From positions 145,940 to 209,939 of the forward strand of contig JAVKIH010000002.1 of the NCBI GenBank assembly GCA_031459625.1: a DNA stretch of 64,000 bases, in the 5' to 3' direction. The translations under genes were made by a program, and so were the position numbers. Positions within the stretch are counted from its first letter, which is position 1. The number at the start of each line of letters is the position of its first letter. The notes beneath the pieces were generated by a model. It was not told the origin of the DNA and did no database searches. It saw only the letters and a list, made by a program, of their open reading frames with translations. Positions 56,363 to 64,000 of the stretch are shown piece after piece. This stretch comes from Candidatus Geohabitans tengchongensis (GTDB taxonomy: Bacteria > Sysuimicrobiota > Sysuimicrobiia > Sysuimicrobiales > Humicultoraceae).

Positions 56363-57082
56363 GTGAGGACCATGCGACGGACCTGGCTGGTGGGCGTGAC
56401 CGCGCTCGTCCTGCTGCCGCTCCTGGCCGCAGCGGCCCCACGGGCCCATGGGCAGGGAGGGGCGCCACCACCCGACCGCAACGAGATCGTCACCCGCGGC
56501 ACGGGACAGGTGGAGGTCCCGCCCACACAGGCCAGCGTGGAGGTGGGCGTCGAGGTGCAGCGCCCCACCGCCGCCGACGCCGCTACGGCGGTGGCGCGCA
56601 CCGCCGAGCGCATCATCACCCGGCTGGCGGGATTGGGCATGGCGCGGTCGGCCGTCCGGACCTCCGGGGTGCAGCTCACCCCGGTCTACACCACACCCCG
56701 AGAGGGCGCACCGCAGCTCGCCGGCTACCGGGCGGTCTACACCCTCAGCGTGGTGGTCACCGACCTGGCCCTGGCCGGGCGGGTCCTCGACGAGGCGGTG
56801 CGCGGCGGCGCCACCACGATCCTCGGGGTCACCTTCGGGCTGCGGGACCCGTCGGCGGCGCGCCGGGAGGCGCTGGGCGCGGCGGTGCGGGAGGCGCGCG
56901 AGAAGGCCGAGGCCATCGCCCGTGCCGCGGGGGTGCAGATTCGGGGCGTGGAGCGGATCATCGAGGAGGGCGTGGAGGTCCCGGTCCGGGCGATGGAGCG
57001 CCTGGCTCTCGGTGCGCCGATGCCGGTGGAGGGCGGGCTGCTCACCGTCACGGCGCGCGTGACGATGGTCTTCCGGTACTGA
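56363..57082 (+). CDS. SIMPL domain-containing periplasmic protein (DUF541, YggE-like)
   Basis: Signal peptide + SIMPL-family sequence (IVTRGTGQVEVPP…GYRAVYTLSVVV…). Confidence 0.75.
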   Translation: MRTMRRTWLVGVTALVLLPLLAAAAPRAHGQGGAPPPDRNEIVTRGTGQVEVPPTQASVEVGVEVQRPTAADAATAVARTAERIITRLAGLGMARSAVRTSGVQLTPVYTTPREGAPQLAGYRAVYTLSVVVTDLALAGRVLDEAVRGGATTILGVTFGLRDPSAARREALGAAVREAREKAEAIARAAGVQIRGVERIIEEGVEVPVRAMERLALGAPMPVEGGLLTVTARVTMVFRY

Positions 57083-57100
57083 GGGCGCCCGGGGGGCGCC

Positions 57101-57631
57101 TCAGGCGCCCCCCGGCGGGCGTGCCATCGCCTCGGGCAGGCGCACCGCCACTGCGCGGGCCCGGGCCGTGACGACACCGGCCGCCCGCAGCTCCGCCTCC
57201 ACCACCACTTTGCGGTCGGTGACCTCCGTCGCCCGCCCGCGCAGCTCCAGCTCGGGACCGAGCGGCGTCGGCTTGAGGTAGTCGACCTGCAGCGACGCCG
57301 TGACGAAGCGCGCGACGGGTCCGTCGCCGAGCCGCTGCCCGGCCTGCGTTGCCGCCGCCGCGGCTGCGGTGGCGGTGCTGTGGCAGTCGAACAGCGAGGC
57401 GATGAGCCCGCCGTAGACGAACCCGGGGACGGCGACGTGGTGCGGCGCCGGGGTGAAACGGGTGCGGCTCTCCCGCCCGTCCCAGTAGGTCTTCAGGTGA
57501 TAGCCCTGCGGGTTGAGGCGCCCGCACCCGTAGCAGTGGGCGAAGTCGTCCGGGTAGCAGTCCTGGACGGCAGGGCCCAGGGGCCCGCACGCTCCTGCCG
57601 TCATCGCGCCCGGACCGGTCCCCGTGGTCAC
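57101..57631 (-). CDS. Hotdog-fold (PaaI/4HBT-like) thioesterase family protein with Cys-rich N-terminal segment
   Basis: GFVYGGLIASLFDCHS hotdog active-site region; HCYGCG motif. Confidence 0.65.
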   Translation of the reverse strand: MTTGTGPGAMTAGACGPLGPAVQDCYPDDFAHCYGCGRLNPQGYHLKTYWDGRESRTRFTPAPHHVAVPGFVYGGLIASLFDCHSTATAAAAAATQAGQRLGDGPVARFVTASLQVDYLKPTPLGPELELRGRATEVTDRKVVVEAELRAAGVVTARARAVAVRLPEAMARPPGGA

Positions 57632-57653
57632 TGCGGGGCGCCCGCTGCCGCCA

Positions 57654-58390
57654 TCACCGCCTCGGCACTCTCCGCTGCTCCCGCAGGGCCTGCAGGACGG
57701 GGATGGCGGCGATCTGCGCCGGTATGAGGTGGCTCCAGAGCACCCCGCGCGGGCGACGCGGGCGGGCGGGGCGGATCACCGCGTCCGGCGTGACGATGAG
57801 GTCGACGCGAAAGTCGTGCGCCGTCTCCGGCAGGGGCTGGTCCACGACCTGCAGCGGGTGCACCGTCGTGGCGATGACGGTCTGCCGGTCGACGAGCCCC
57901 GCGGTGACGAGCAGGCCGAACTCGAGGTCGGAGTACCCGCCGCCCTTCCCCACTCGCGCGCCCCGGCGGTCCACGGCCACACTCCCGCAGACGATCAGGT
58001 CGATGCGCTCCATCTGCTCCACCCACACGGGTCGGCCCCAGCGAAACGCTCCCCGAATCGAGGCGGCCTGCCGGGGCGCGACGGTGAGCCGACGCGGGTC
58101 CAGTTGGACGAAGGGCTCGGGCGCCGCCAGCCGCGGGACGGCCATGTAGAGCACCTTGCCCTCGGCCAGCGCCCGGGCCCGCACGGGCAGCTGCGGGCTG
58201 TCGGGATTGGCCTTGACGACGCGGGCCGCCTGCCATTCGGGCGTGGCGGCCAGCCGCTCCGCCGCCGCCTCCGCCCCGACGAAGTTGGGGATGCGGCCAG
58301 GCGCGCCGGGGAAGCGGACTACCCCGCGGTCCTCCAGCAGGCGCCACAACCGCTCCCGCACGGCCGCCTTCGCGGCGTCTGCGGCCTGGG
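57654..58390 (-). CDS. 5-formyltetrahydrofolate cyclo-ligase family protein (MTHFS-like); start uncertain
   Basis: C-terminal MTHFS signature (VDRRGARVGKGGGYSDLEF…VHPLQVVD). Confidence 0.6.
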
Positions 58391-58468
58391 GGGGCGGGGC
58401 ATCACCTGGCTGCGTGCCCCTGGAAGGATGGTGCGGGGCGGCGGTGCGCCGGGTGCGGCGGGCGGCCC

Positions 58469-59398
58469 TCACGGGCCCGACAGGCGCAGGCGTGGGTCGA
58501 GGGCGTCGCGGATGGCGTCGCCCAGCAGGTTGAAGCCCAGCACCGTGACCATGATGGCCAGTCCCGGGAAGACCACCGTGTGCGGGGCCAGCCGCAGGTA
58601 CTGACGCGCGCTGCTCAGCATCGCTCCCCACTCCGCCGCCGGGGGCTGCGCGCCTAGCCCCAGGAAGCCCAACGCCGCCGCCGAGAGGATCGCGCCGGCG
58701 ATCTGCAGCGTCGCCTGCACGATGATCACCGCCAGCGTGTTGGGGAGGACATGCCGGGCCAGGATGCGCACCGGGGTGGCCCCCAGAGCCCGCGCCGCTT
58801 CCACGAACTCCTGGGCCCGCAGGGAGAGGACCTGACCGCGCACCAGGCGGGCATAAGTGGGGACGCTCACGATGCCCACCGCCACCATCACCTGCACGAG
58901 CCCCACCCCCAGGATGGCCACGAGGATGATGGCCAGCAGGATCCCCGGGAAGGCCAGCATCACGTCCACCACCCGCTGCACGATCAGGTCGGTCCACCCG
59001 CCGAAGTAGCCGGAGAGCGCGCCGAGCGGCACCCCGGCACTGACTCCGATGGCGACGGCGATCACCCCGATGAGGAGCGAGAGGCGGGCGCCGTAGATCA
59101 GGCGGCTCAATACGTCCCGGCCCAGCTCGTCCCGACCGAGCAGCGCTGACCGTCCCGGCGGCTCCAGGCTGCGCTCCAGCGCCGGCTCGTAGGGGTCCTC
59201 GGGGGCGAGCAGGGGCGCCAGCAGCCCGGTCACCAGGAAGACCAGCAGGATGATCCCCCCGGCCAGCCCGGCCCGGTTGCGGACGAGCTGGCGCCAGACC
59301 GCCGCCCCCCGCGTGACGCGACCCCAGCGCACTGCCGGGACGGACCCGGTGGCGGGCAGCCGGACGGCGCGGACGGTGCGCACTGAGGGGTCACTCAT
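58469..59398 (-). CDS. Peptide/nickel ABC transporter permease (DppC/OppC-like)
   Basis: 309 aa, 6 TM, EAA-loop. Confidence 0.85.
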   Translation of the reverse strand: MSDPSVRTVRAVRLPATGSVPAVRWGRVTRGAAVWRQLVRNRAGLAGGIILLVFLVTGLLAPLLAPEDPYEPALERSLEPPGRSALLGRDELGRDVLSRLIYGARLSLLIGVIAVAIGVSAGVPLGALSGYFGGWTDLIVQRVVDVMLAFPGILLAIILVAILGVGLVQVMVAVGIVSVPTYARLVRGQVLSLRAQEFVEAARALGATPVRILARHVLPNTLAVIIVQATLQIAGAILSAAALGFLGLGAQPPAAEWGAMLSSARQYLRLAPHTVVFPGLAIMVTVLGFNLLGDAIRDALDPRLRLSGP

Positions 59399-60311
59399 AG
59401 CGGATGCGCGGGTCCACCAGCGCGTAGAGCAAGTCCACCACCAGATTCACCAGGACGAAGGAGAGGGCCACGAGCAGCACCGCCCCCTGCACCACCGGGT
59501 AGTCGCGGTTCAGCGTGGCGTCCACCATGAGACGGCCGATCCCCGACCAGGCGAAGACGCTCTCCGTGAGCACGGCCCCGCTCAGCAGCGTCCCCGTCTG
59601 CAGCCCCACGACGGTGATGACCGGGATGAGCGCGTTGCACAGGGCGTGACGGTTGATGACGACGCGCTCCGCCAGCCCCTTGGCCCGGGCGGTGCGGATG
59701 TAGTCGGCGCGCAGCACCTCCAGCATGGCCGACCGGGTCATGCGCGCGATGATCGCCGCCGAGGTGAAGCCCAGCGCGGCGGCCGGCAGGACCAGGTGGG
59801 CCAGGGAGTCGCTCCCCACCGCCGGCAGCCAGTTGAGCCAGACCGCGAAGACCAGGATGAGCATGAGGCCGGACCAGTAGATGGGCATGGAGAGCCCGGC
59901 GAGCGCCACCACCATCACGGCGGTGTCGACGAGGGAGTAGGGGCGGACGGCCGAGACCACCCCGGCGGTGACGCCCACGGTGGTCGCCACCAGCATTCCC
60001 GCAGCGGCCAAGCGCAGCGTGTTGGGGATCCGGTGGGCCAGCTCCTCGGTGACGGGGGCCCGGGAGCGGACCGACCGACCCAGGTCCCCCCGCAGCAGCC
60101 CGGCCATGAAGTCGGCGAACTGGACCAGCAGCGGCCGGTCCAACCCGAGATCCCGGCGGATGCCCTCGACCAGCTCGCGGGTGGCCTGCTGCCCGGCCAT
60201 GATCTGGGCCGGGTCGCCCGGCACGATGCGGACCATGACGAAGACGACGAAGGCCACCCCGAACAGGACGGGGACGGTCAGCAGGAGGCGCTTGACGATG
60301 TACCGCCACAT
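59391..60311 (-). CDS. Peptide/nickel ABC transporter permease (DppB/OppB-like)
   Basis: 306 aa MWRYIVKRLLLTVPVLFGV…; EAA loop RTARAKGL. Confidence 0.85.
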   Translation of the reverse strand: MWRYIVKRLLLTVPVLFGVAFVVFVMVRIVPGDPAQIMAGQQATRELVEGIRRDLGLDRPLLVQFADFMAGLLRGDLGRSVRSRAPVTEELAHRIPNTLRLAAAGMLVATTVGVTAGVVSAVRPYSLVDTAVMVVALAGLSMPIYWSGLMLILVFAVWLNWLPAVGSDSLAHLVLPAAALGFTSAAIIARMTRSAMLEVLRADYIRTARAKGLAERVVINRHALCNALIPVITVVGLQTGTLLSGAVLTESVFAWSGIGRLMVDATLNRDYPVVQGAVLLVALSFVLVNLVVDLLYALVDPRIRYE

Positions 60312-60407
60312 CGCCCTAACAACGACATATCTCCGTTGTCAGGCCCCGGAGACCAGCGGGGGCGGGGTCACCCCCCGCCCCCGCTCCCTGCCGGTGCCCG
60401 CCGGCAG

Positions 60408-61955
60408 TCAACGGCGGAAGAAACCCTGCATGGCCACCAGCCGCTCCGCCGGGTGCATGTAGACGTTCTGCACCTCGGCCCGGTAGGCGGTGACCTGCGA
60501 CTCGCTGTGGAGGAAGATCCAGGGCGCGTCCTCCATGATGAGCGCCATCGCCTCGCGGTAGATCCGGTTCCGCTCCGCCTGGTCGAGCGTGGTGCGGCCC
60601 CGGTCGAGGAGCGCGTCCACCTGGGGGTTGCGGTAGAAGCCCCGGTTGAAGCCGGCCGGCGGCCACTGGCTGGAGTGGAAGAGGTTGTACAGCCCGTAGT
60701 CGGCGTCGCCGGTCACCGTCCCCCACCCCAGCATGTACATCTGGTGGGTGGCCTCGGCCTGGGGCTTGTTCGTGAAGGCGACGAGGGAGCCGATGTCCAT
60801 GGGCACGAGCTCGACCTCGACGCCGACGCGGCGCAGCAGGCCCTGGATGGCCGCGGCAATCTCGGCGTCCCGGATGTAGCGCGCCACCGGGTGGTGGAGG
60901 GTGGCCCGGAAGCCGTTGGGGTAGCCGGCCTCGGCCAGGAGCTGGCGGGCCCGCTCCACGTTGTACTCGTAGGTCATGATCCTGGCGTAGCCGGCCACAC
61001 CGGGCGCGATGGGCGCGTCGGAGACGCGTGCCGTCCCGCCGAGGATGGCCCGGACGATCGCCTCCTTGTTGATGGCGTAGTTCAGCGCCTGCCGGACGCG
61101 GCGGTTGTTGAAAGGCGGGCGGGTGACGTTGAAGCCGATGAAGATCGTCCGCAGGCTCGTCTGCACCTCCACCCGCAGCGCCCGGTTGGCGCGCAACCGC
61201 TCCACGTCGCGCGGCGGGACGCGCTTGGCGATGTGCACCGCCCCGCTCTCCACGGCGGCCACGCGGGCGCCGTCGTCGGGGATGACGCGCCACTGGATCG
61301 CGTCGAAGTGCCCCTTCTCGCCCCAGTACTCCTCAAAGCGGGTCACGGTGATGCGGTCGCCGCGGACCCACTCCCGGAAGCGGTAGGGGCCCGTGCCCAC
61401 GGGGTTGCGGGCGTACTCGTCCGGCCCCAGGCGCTCGATGGCGGTGGGACTCTGCATGCAGACCCCGCCGTGAGTGAGGTTGAGGACGAGTGGGGCGAAC
61501 GGAGCGTTGGTGAGCAGGACGAGCGTGTTCGCATCCAGGGCCACGACCTGCGTCACCCGGTCGATCAGCGATCGGAACGATGCCCGGGTGGCGGGGTCGA
61601 GCACCCGGTCGAGGTTCCACTTGGCCGCCTGCGCGTTGAAGGGCGTGCCGTCATGGAAGCGCACGGTGGGGCGCAGCCGGATGGTCAGCCGGCGCCCGTC
61701 GGGGGAGAAGGTGAAGGCCGTGGCCAGCCGCGGCTCCACGCGGCCTTCCGGGCTGAGCCAGAAGAGCGTCTCGCAGATGTGCTCCATGCGCTCGGCTGTG
61801 GGCGAGTCGGTGTAGCGGTGGCCGTCTAGCGTGGTGGCGTCGCTCCCCTCGGCGATGATCAAGGTACCGCCGCGGGCGGGCGCGGGAGCGGCTCCCGCGA
61901 CGGCACCGGCCGCCAGCATCGCGAACGCGAGCAGACAGACCGCGAGTACTCTCAT
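60408..61955 (-). CDS. ABC transporter substrate-binding protein, family 5 (peptide/nickel/opine type)
   Basis: ~515 aa from MRVLAVCLLAFAMLAAGAVAGA (signal peptide); SBP_bac_5 sequence. Confidence 0.8.
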   Translation of the reverse strand: MRVLAVCLLAFAMLAAGAVAGAAPAPARGGTLIIAEGSDATTLDGHRYTDSPTAERMEHICETLFWLSPEGRVEPRLATAFTFSPDGRRLTIRLRPTVRFHDGTPFNAQAAKWNLDRVLDPATRASFRSLIDRVTQVVALDANTLVLLTNAPFAPLVLNLTHGGVCMQSPTAIERLGPDEYARNPVGTGPYRFREWVRGDRITVTRFEEYWGEKGHFDAIQWRVIPDDGARVAAVESGAVHIAKRVPPRDVERLRANRALRVEVQTSLRTIFIGFNVTRPPFNNRRVRQALNYAINKEAIVRAILGGTARVSDAPIAPGVAGYARIMTYEYNVERARQLLAEAGYPNGFRATLHHPVARYIRDAEIAAAIQGLLRRVGVEVELVPMDIGSLVAFTNKPQAEATHQMYMLGWGTVTGDADYGLYNLFHSSQWPPAGFNRGFYRNPQVDALLDRGRTTLDQAERNRIYREAMALIMEDAPWIFLHSESQVTAYRAEVQNVYMHPAERLVAMQGFFRR

Positions 61956-62122
61956 CCCGACCGATTCCTCCCCGTCGCCCGGCCCCGGCCGGGGCGGGCA
62001 CTCACGATCGATACGTTGGGTCCCTGCCGTGAGGTGAACCCAGCCTGGCTTGTTCGCCTGCCAGGGCGACTTCCCCTCTTGACGCCCGGGCCGCGAGGTC
62101 CGGTCGCGTCGGCACTGGGGCC

Positions 62123-62776
62123 TCAGGCCTCCTCCCCCACCCCGGCCGGACGGGATCGGCGGTGCCGCCACACCTCCAGGGCCAGGGGGACCAGGGAGGC
62201 CGCGACGATGAGCAGCACCGCCACGCTGAAGTTGCGCTCCACCCAGGGGAGGGTGCCGAAGAGGTAGCCGCCGACCACGAAGAGGGCTACCCACACCACC
62301 CCGCCCGCGACGTTGTAGAGGAGAAAACGAGGGTAGGTCATCCGGCCGATGCCGGCCACGAAGGGGGCGAAGGTGCGCACCACCGGGACGAAGCGGGCCA
62401 GGATGATCGTGGCCGCCCCGTACTTCTCGTAGAACCGGTGCGTCCGCTCCAGGTGCTCCCGCCGGAAGAGGCGGGAGCGCTCTTGGCGGAAGACCCGCGG
62501 CCCCACGTGGTAGCCGGCCCAGTAGTTCACCGTGTCGCCGAGGATGGCAGCGGCCGCCAGCCCCACCAGCAGGACGCCCAGGTCGAGGGTGCCGCGCGCG
62601 GCGAAGGTGCCGAGCGCGAAGAGCAGCGAGTCGCCCGGCAGGAAGGGCGTGGCCACGAACCCGGTCTCGGCGAAGACCACCAGGAAGACGATGGCGTAGG
62701 TCCAGGTCCCGTAGGTGAGGAGGAGCGTGTCCAGGTGGCGGTCCAGGTGGAGGAGGTAGTCCAGCAGCGTCGTCAC
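62123..62776 (-). CDS. DedA family membrane protein (SNARE-associated/VTT domain)
   Basis: 217 aa; DedA signature (FLPGDSLLFALG…G). Confidence 0.8.
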   Translation of the reverse strand: MTTLLDYLLHLDRHLDTLLLTYGTWTYAIVFLVVFAETGFVATPFLPGDSLLFALGTFAARGTLDLGVLLVGLAAAAILGDTVNYWAGYHVGPRVFRQERSRLFRREHLERTHRFYEKYGAATIILARFVPVVRTFAPFVAGIGRMTYPRFLLYNVAGGVVWVALFVVGGYLFGTLPWVERNFSVAVLLIVAASLVPLALEVWRHRRSRPAGVGEEA

Positions 62777-62783
62777 GGTACGG

Positions 62784-63803
62784 TCATACCCCCATCCCTG
62801 GCCGCAGCCCCCCGGCGATCCCCGGCTCCGGGGCCCCGCCGCCCCCGCGCAGCCCTGCCAGGCGGGCCTGCCGGGCCTGCCGCCGCTCCGCCGCCGCCTG
62901 CCAGCGCCGCCGCTCCGCCGCCGTCCGGGGCTCGTAGGGCGGGAGCGGTGCCGGCCGCCCGTCGGGGCCCACGTGCACGGCGGTGAGGAAGGCGGTGCAG
63001 GTGTGGCGCAGCTCCCCCGTGCGCGGGTTCTCCGCCAGCACCTTTACGCCGATCTCCATGGAGGTGCGGCCGACATAGTTGATGGCCGTGCGGTAGGTGA
63101 CGATCTCCCCCACGAAGATCGGCGCGTAGAAGTCGAGCGCGTCCAGGGAGGCGGTGACGACCGGCCCGCGGGCGTAGCGCACGGCCTGGATGGAGGCGCA
63201 CTCGTCCAGCTGCTGCAGCAGCGTCCCGGCGAAGAGCATGTTCGCGCCGACGGCATCCTCGGGGAAGACCAGGCGGGAGACCTCGGCGGCGAAGCGCAGC
63301 TCCTCCGGCTCGGCGGCCACGTCCCGGGCGCGCTGGCGGCGGTCGGCCAGGCGTTGCATCCGCGCCGCCTTGCGGGCGCGGGCCCGCTCCGCCAGCTCCC
63401 GCTCCTCTGCGGTGGCCGGCTCCACCGCCGCCCCCACCGGCCGCGGCCGGCCGCCGTCGTCCACGGCCACGAGGACCAGGTGGGCCGTGGTGGCGCGGCG
63501 CCGCTCCCCGGTGCGCGGCTGCTCCGCCTCCACCTCCACGCCCACCTCCATGGACGCCCGCCCCACGTGCTCCACCTGCGCCCGCAGGACCACCAGGTCG
63601 CCCACGCGCACCGGGGCGAGGAAGTCGAGGTCGTCCATGCTGCCGAGCACCACGTTGCCGCGGGCCAGCCGCATGGCCACCAGCGTGGCCGCCGAGGCGA
63701 TCCAGGCCATCATCCGGCCGCCGAAGAGGTTGCCGTAGAGGTTGCCGTGCTCCGGCAGGACGAGGTGGACGACCTCCTGCCGGGTCTCGGCGATGGACGG
63801 CAT
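62784..63803 (-). CDS. Acyl-CoA thioesterase with two tandem hotdog (4HBT) domains
   Basis: Two repeats of …GGRMMAWIASAATLVA… / …GANMLFAGTLLQQLDE… hotdog cores. Confidence 0.75.
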   Translation of the reverse strand: MPSIAETRQEVVHLVLPEHGNLYGNLFGGRMMAWIASAATLVAMRLARGNVVLGSMDDLDFLAPVRVGDLVVLRAQVEHVGRASMEVGVEVEAEQPRTGERRRATTAHLVLVAVDDGGRPRPVGAAVEPATAEERELAERARARKAARMQRLADRRQRARDVAAEPEELRFAAEVSRLVFPEDAVGANMLFAGTLLQQLDECASIQAVRYARGPVVTASLDALDFYAPIFVGEIVTYRTAINYVGRTSMEIGVKVLAENPRTGELRHTCTAFLTAVHVGPDGRPAPLPPYEPRTAAERRRWQAAAERRQARQARLAGLRGGGGAPEPGIAGGLRPGMGV

Positions 63804-64000
63804 CAGGCAGGCCGCCCTGGGAGCCCTGCGCTGCCCAGCAGCTCCATGAAGCGGATCACCGTCTCGATCCCCTGGTAGAAGTTGGGCAGGTGGAACTTCT
63901 CGTTGGGGGCGTGCAGGTTGTCGTCCGGCAGCCCGAAGCCCATGAGCACCGCCGGGGCCTTCAGCGCGTTCACGAAGGCGGCCACCACCGGGACGCTGCC
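63803..64000 (-). CDS. M20/M25/M40 family dipeptidase, C-terminal end only (start beyond window)
   Basis: …GFGLPDDNLHAPNEKFHLPNFYQGIE… C-terminal signature of M20 dipeptidases. Confidence 0.6.
   Translation of the reverse strand, partial: GSVPVVAAFVNALKAPAVLMGFGLPDDNLHAPNEKFHLPNFYQGIETVIRFMELLGSAGLPGRPA

Noticed and set aside
61956-62122. GC-rich imperfect palindrome (~61975-61998) between dedA and the family-5 SBP gene as a terminator
   Set aside because: The arms are imperfect and there is no U-tract. Plausible, but not confidently distinguishable from background GC palindromes.
1-64000. CRISPR arrays, tRNA/rRNA genes, transposases, integrases, phage genes, toxin-antitoxin pairs
   Set aside because: None seen. 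There are no spaced short repeats, and no cloverleaf-like, IS-terminal-inverted-repeat or recombinase signatures. The only repeats are the 2x20 bp and 2x18 bp direct repeats reported above.

Overview
This window is chromosomal DNA of very high G+C (about 70% or more by eye) with no rRNA, tRNA, CRISPR array, transposase or prophage signal. It is densely coding, overwhelmingly on the minus strand. Many of the long ORFs in the six-frame track are antisense shadows or read-throughs that fuse neighbouring genes, because stop codons are rare at this G+C; I split them by protein-family recognition.

Recognisable content, left to right:
- Positions 1-4057: a Fur-family regulator diverging from an Fe3+ ABC transporter (FbpA/FbpB-like), then a class V aminotransferase.
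- Positions 4067-29100: a roughly 25 kb array of about 30 minus-strand genes, one after another, stitched together by ATGA/GTGA start-stop overlaps. It contains, from its low-coordinate end (on the minus strand the array is read in the opposite order):
  - a TrpB2-like protein, a VOC protein, an opine dehydrogenase, an MR/MLE enolase-superfamily enzyme and a RibD-C reductase;
  - a stand-alone lipoyl-domain protein and 2-oxoacid dehydrogenase E1 beta and alpha subunits, with no E2 or E3;
  - two xylose-isomerase-fold isomerases, a CUT1-type sugar ABC transporter, an SDR and an IclR regulator;
  - an N-heterocycle or amide catabolic island (hydantoinase-like, isochorismatase-like, CodA-like, orphan DpaA-like, M24 creatinase-like, TRZ/ATZ amidohydrolase, VOC, 4-OT tautomerase, NitT/TauT ABC transporter, GntR).
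- Positions 29220-38414: an ABC-class ATPase, M20 peptidase and S41 peptidase operon; CcdA; a DUF62 SAM hydroxide adenosyltransferase; two tandem Fpg/Nei glycosylases; an O-methyltransferase; and a small secreted protein.
- Positions 38701-45623: a second S41 paralog, cspA with a clear sigma-A promoter and terminator, YggT, an MFS transporter, a YdiJ-like FAD/Fe-S fusion oxidoreductase and a DUF72 protein.
- Positions 45663-52254: the histidine operon hisZ-G-C-B-H-A-F-IE, which lacks hisD.
- Positions 52469-57631: a lone FTR1 iron permease, YerC, a Uma2 endonuclease, a Kelch protein, a SAM decarboxylase transcribed from a near-consensus promoter as a leaderless mRNA, a SIMPL protein and a hotdog thioesterase.
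- Positions 57654-64000: an MTHFS-like protein, a peptide ABC transporter (substrate-binding protein plus two permeases), DedA, a tandem-hotdog acyl-CoA thioesterase and the edge of an M20 dipeptidase.

The most interesting signals:
- An identical 18-bp candidate metallo-regulator operator (GCCGAACAATCGTTGTTA) occurs at both the fur/fbpA promoter and the FTR1 promoter.
- An E1 alpha/beta pair plus a free lipoyl-carrier module sits inside a sugar-catabolic operon.
- A hydantoin/creatinine-like amidohydrolase island carries an orphan DpaA-like protein.
- A 2 x 20 bp tandem repeat places AGCGTC hexamers one helical turn apart.
- An ABC-class ATPase/M20/S41 operon ends in a disordered Pro/Gly/Met-rich tail.
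- The his operon lacks hisD, and hisZ has no canonical start codon.

All coordinates are within about 3 nt. They are anchored to the ORF track where possible, and gene starts were refined by residue counting.
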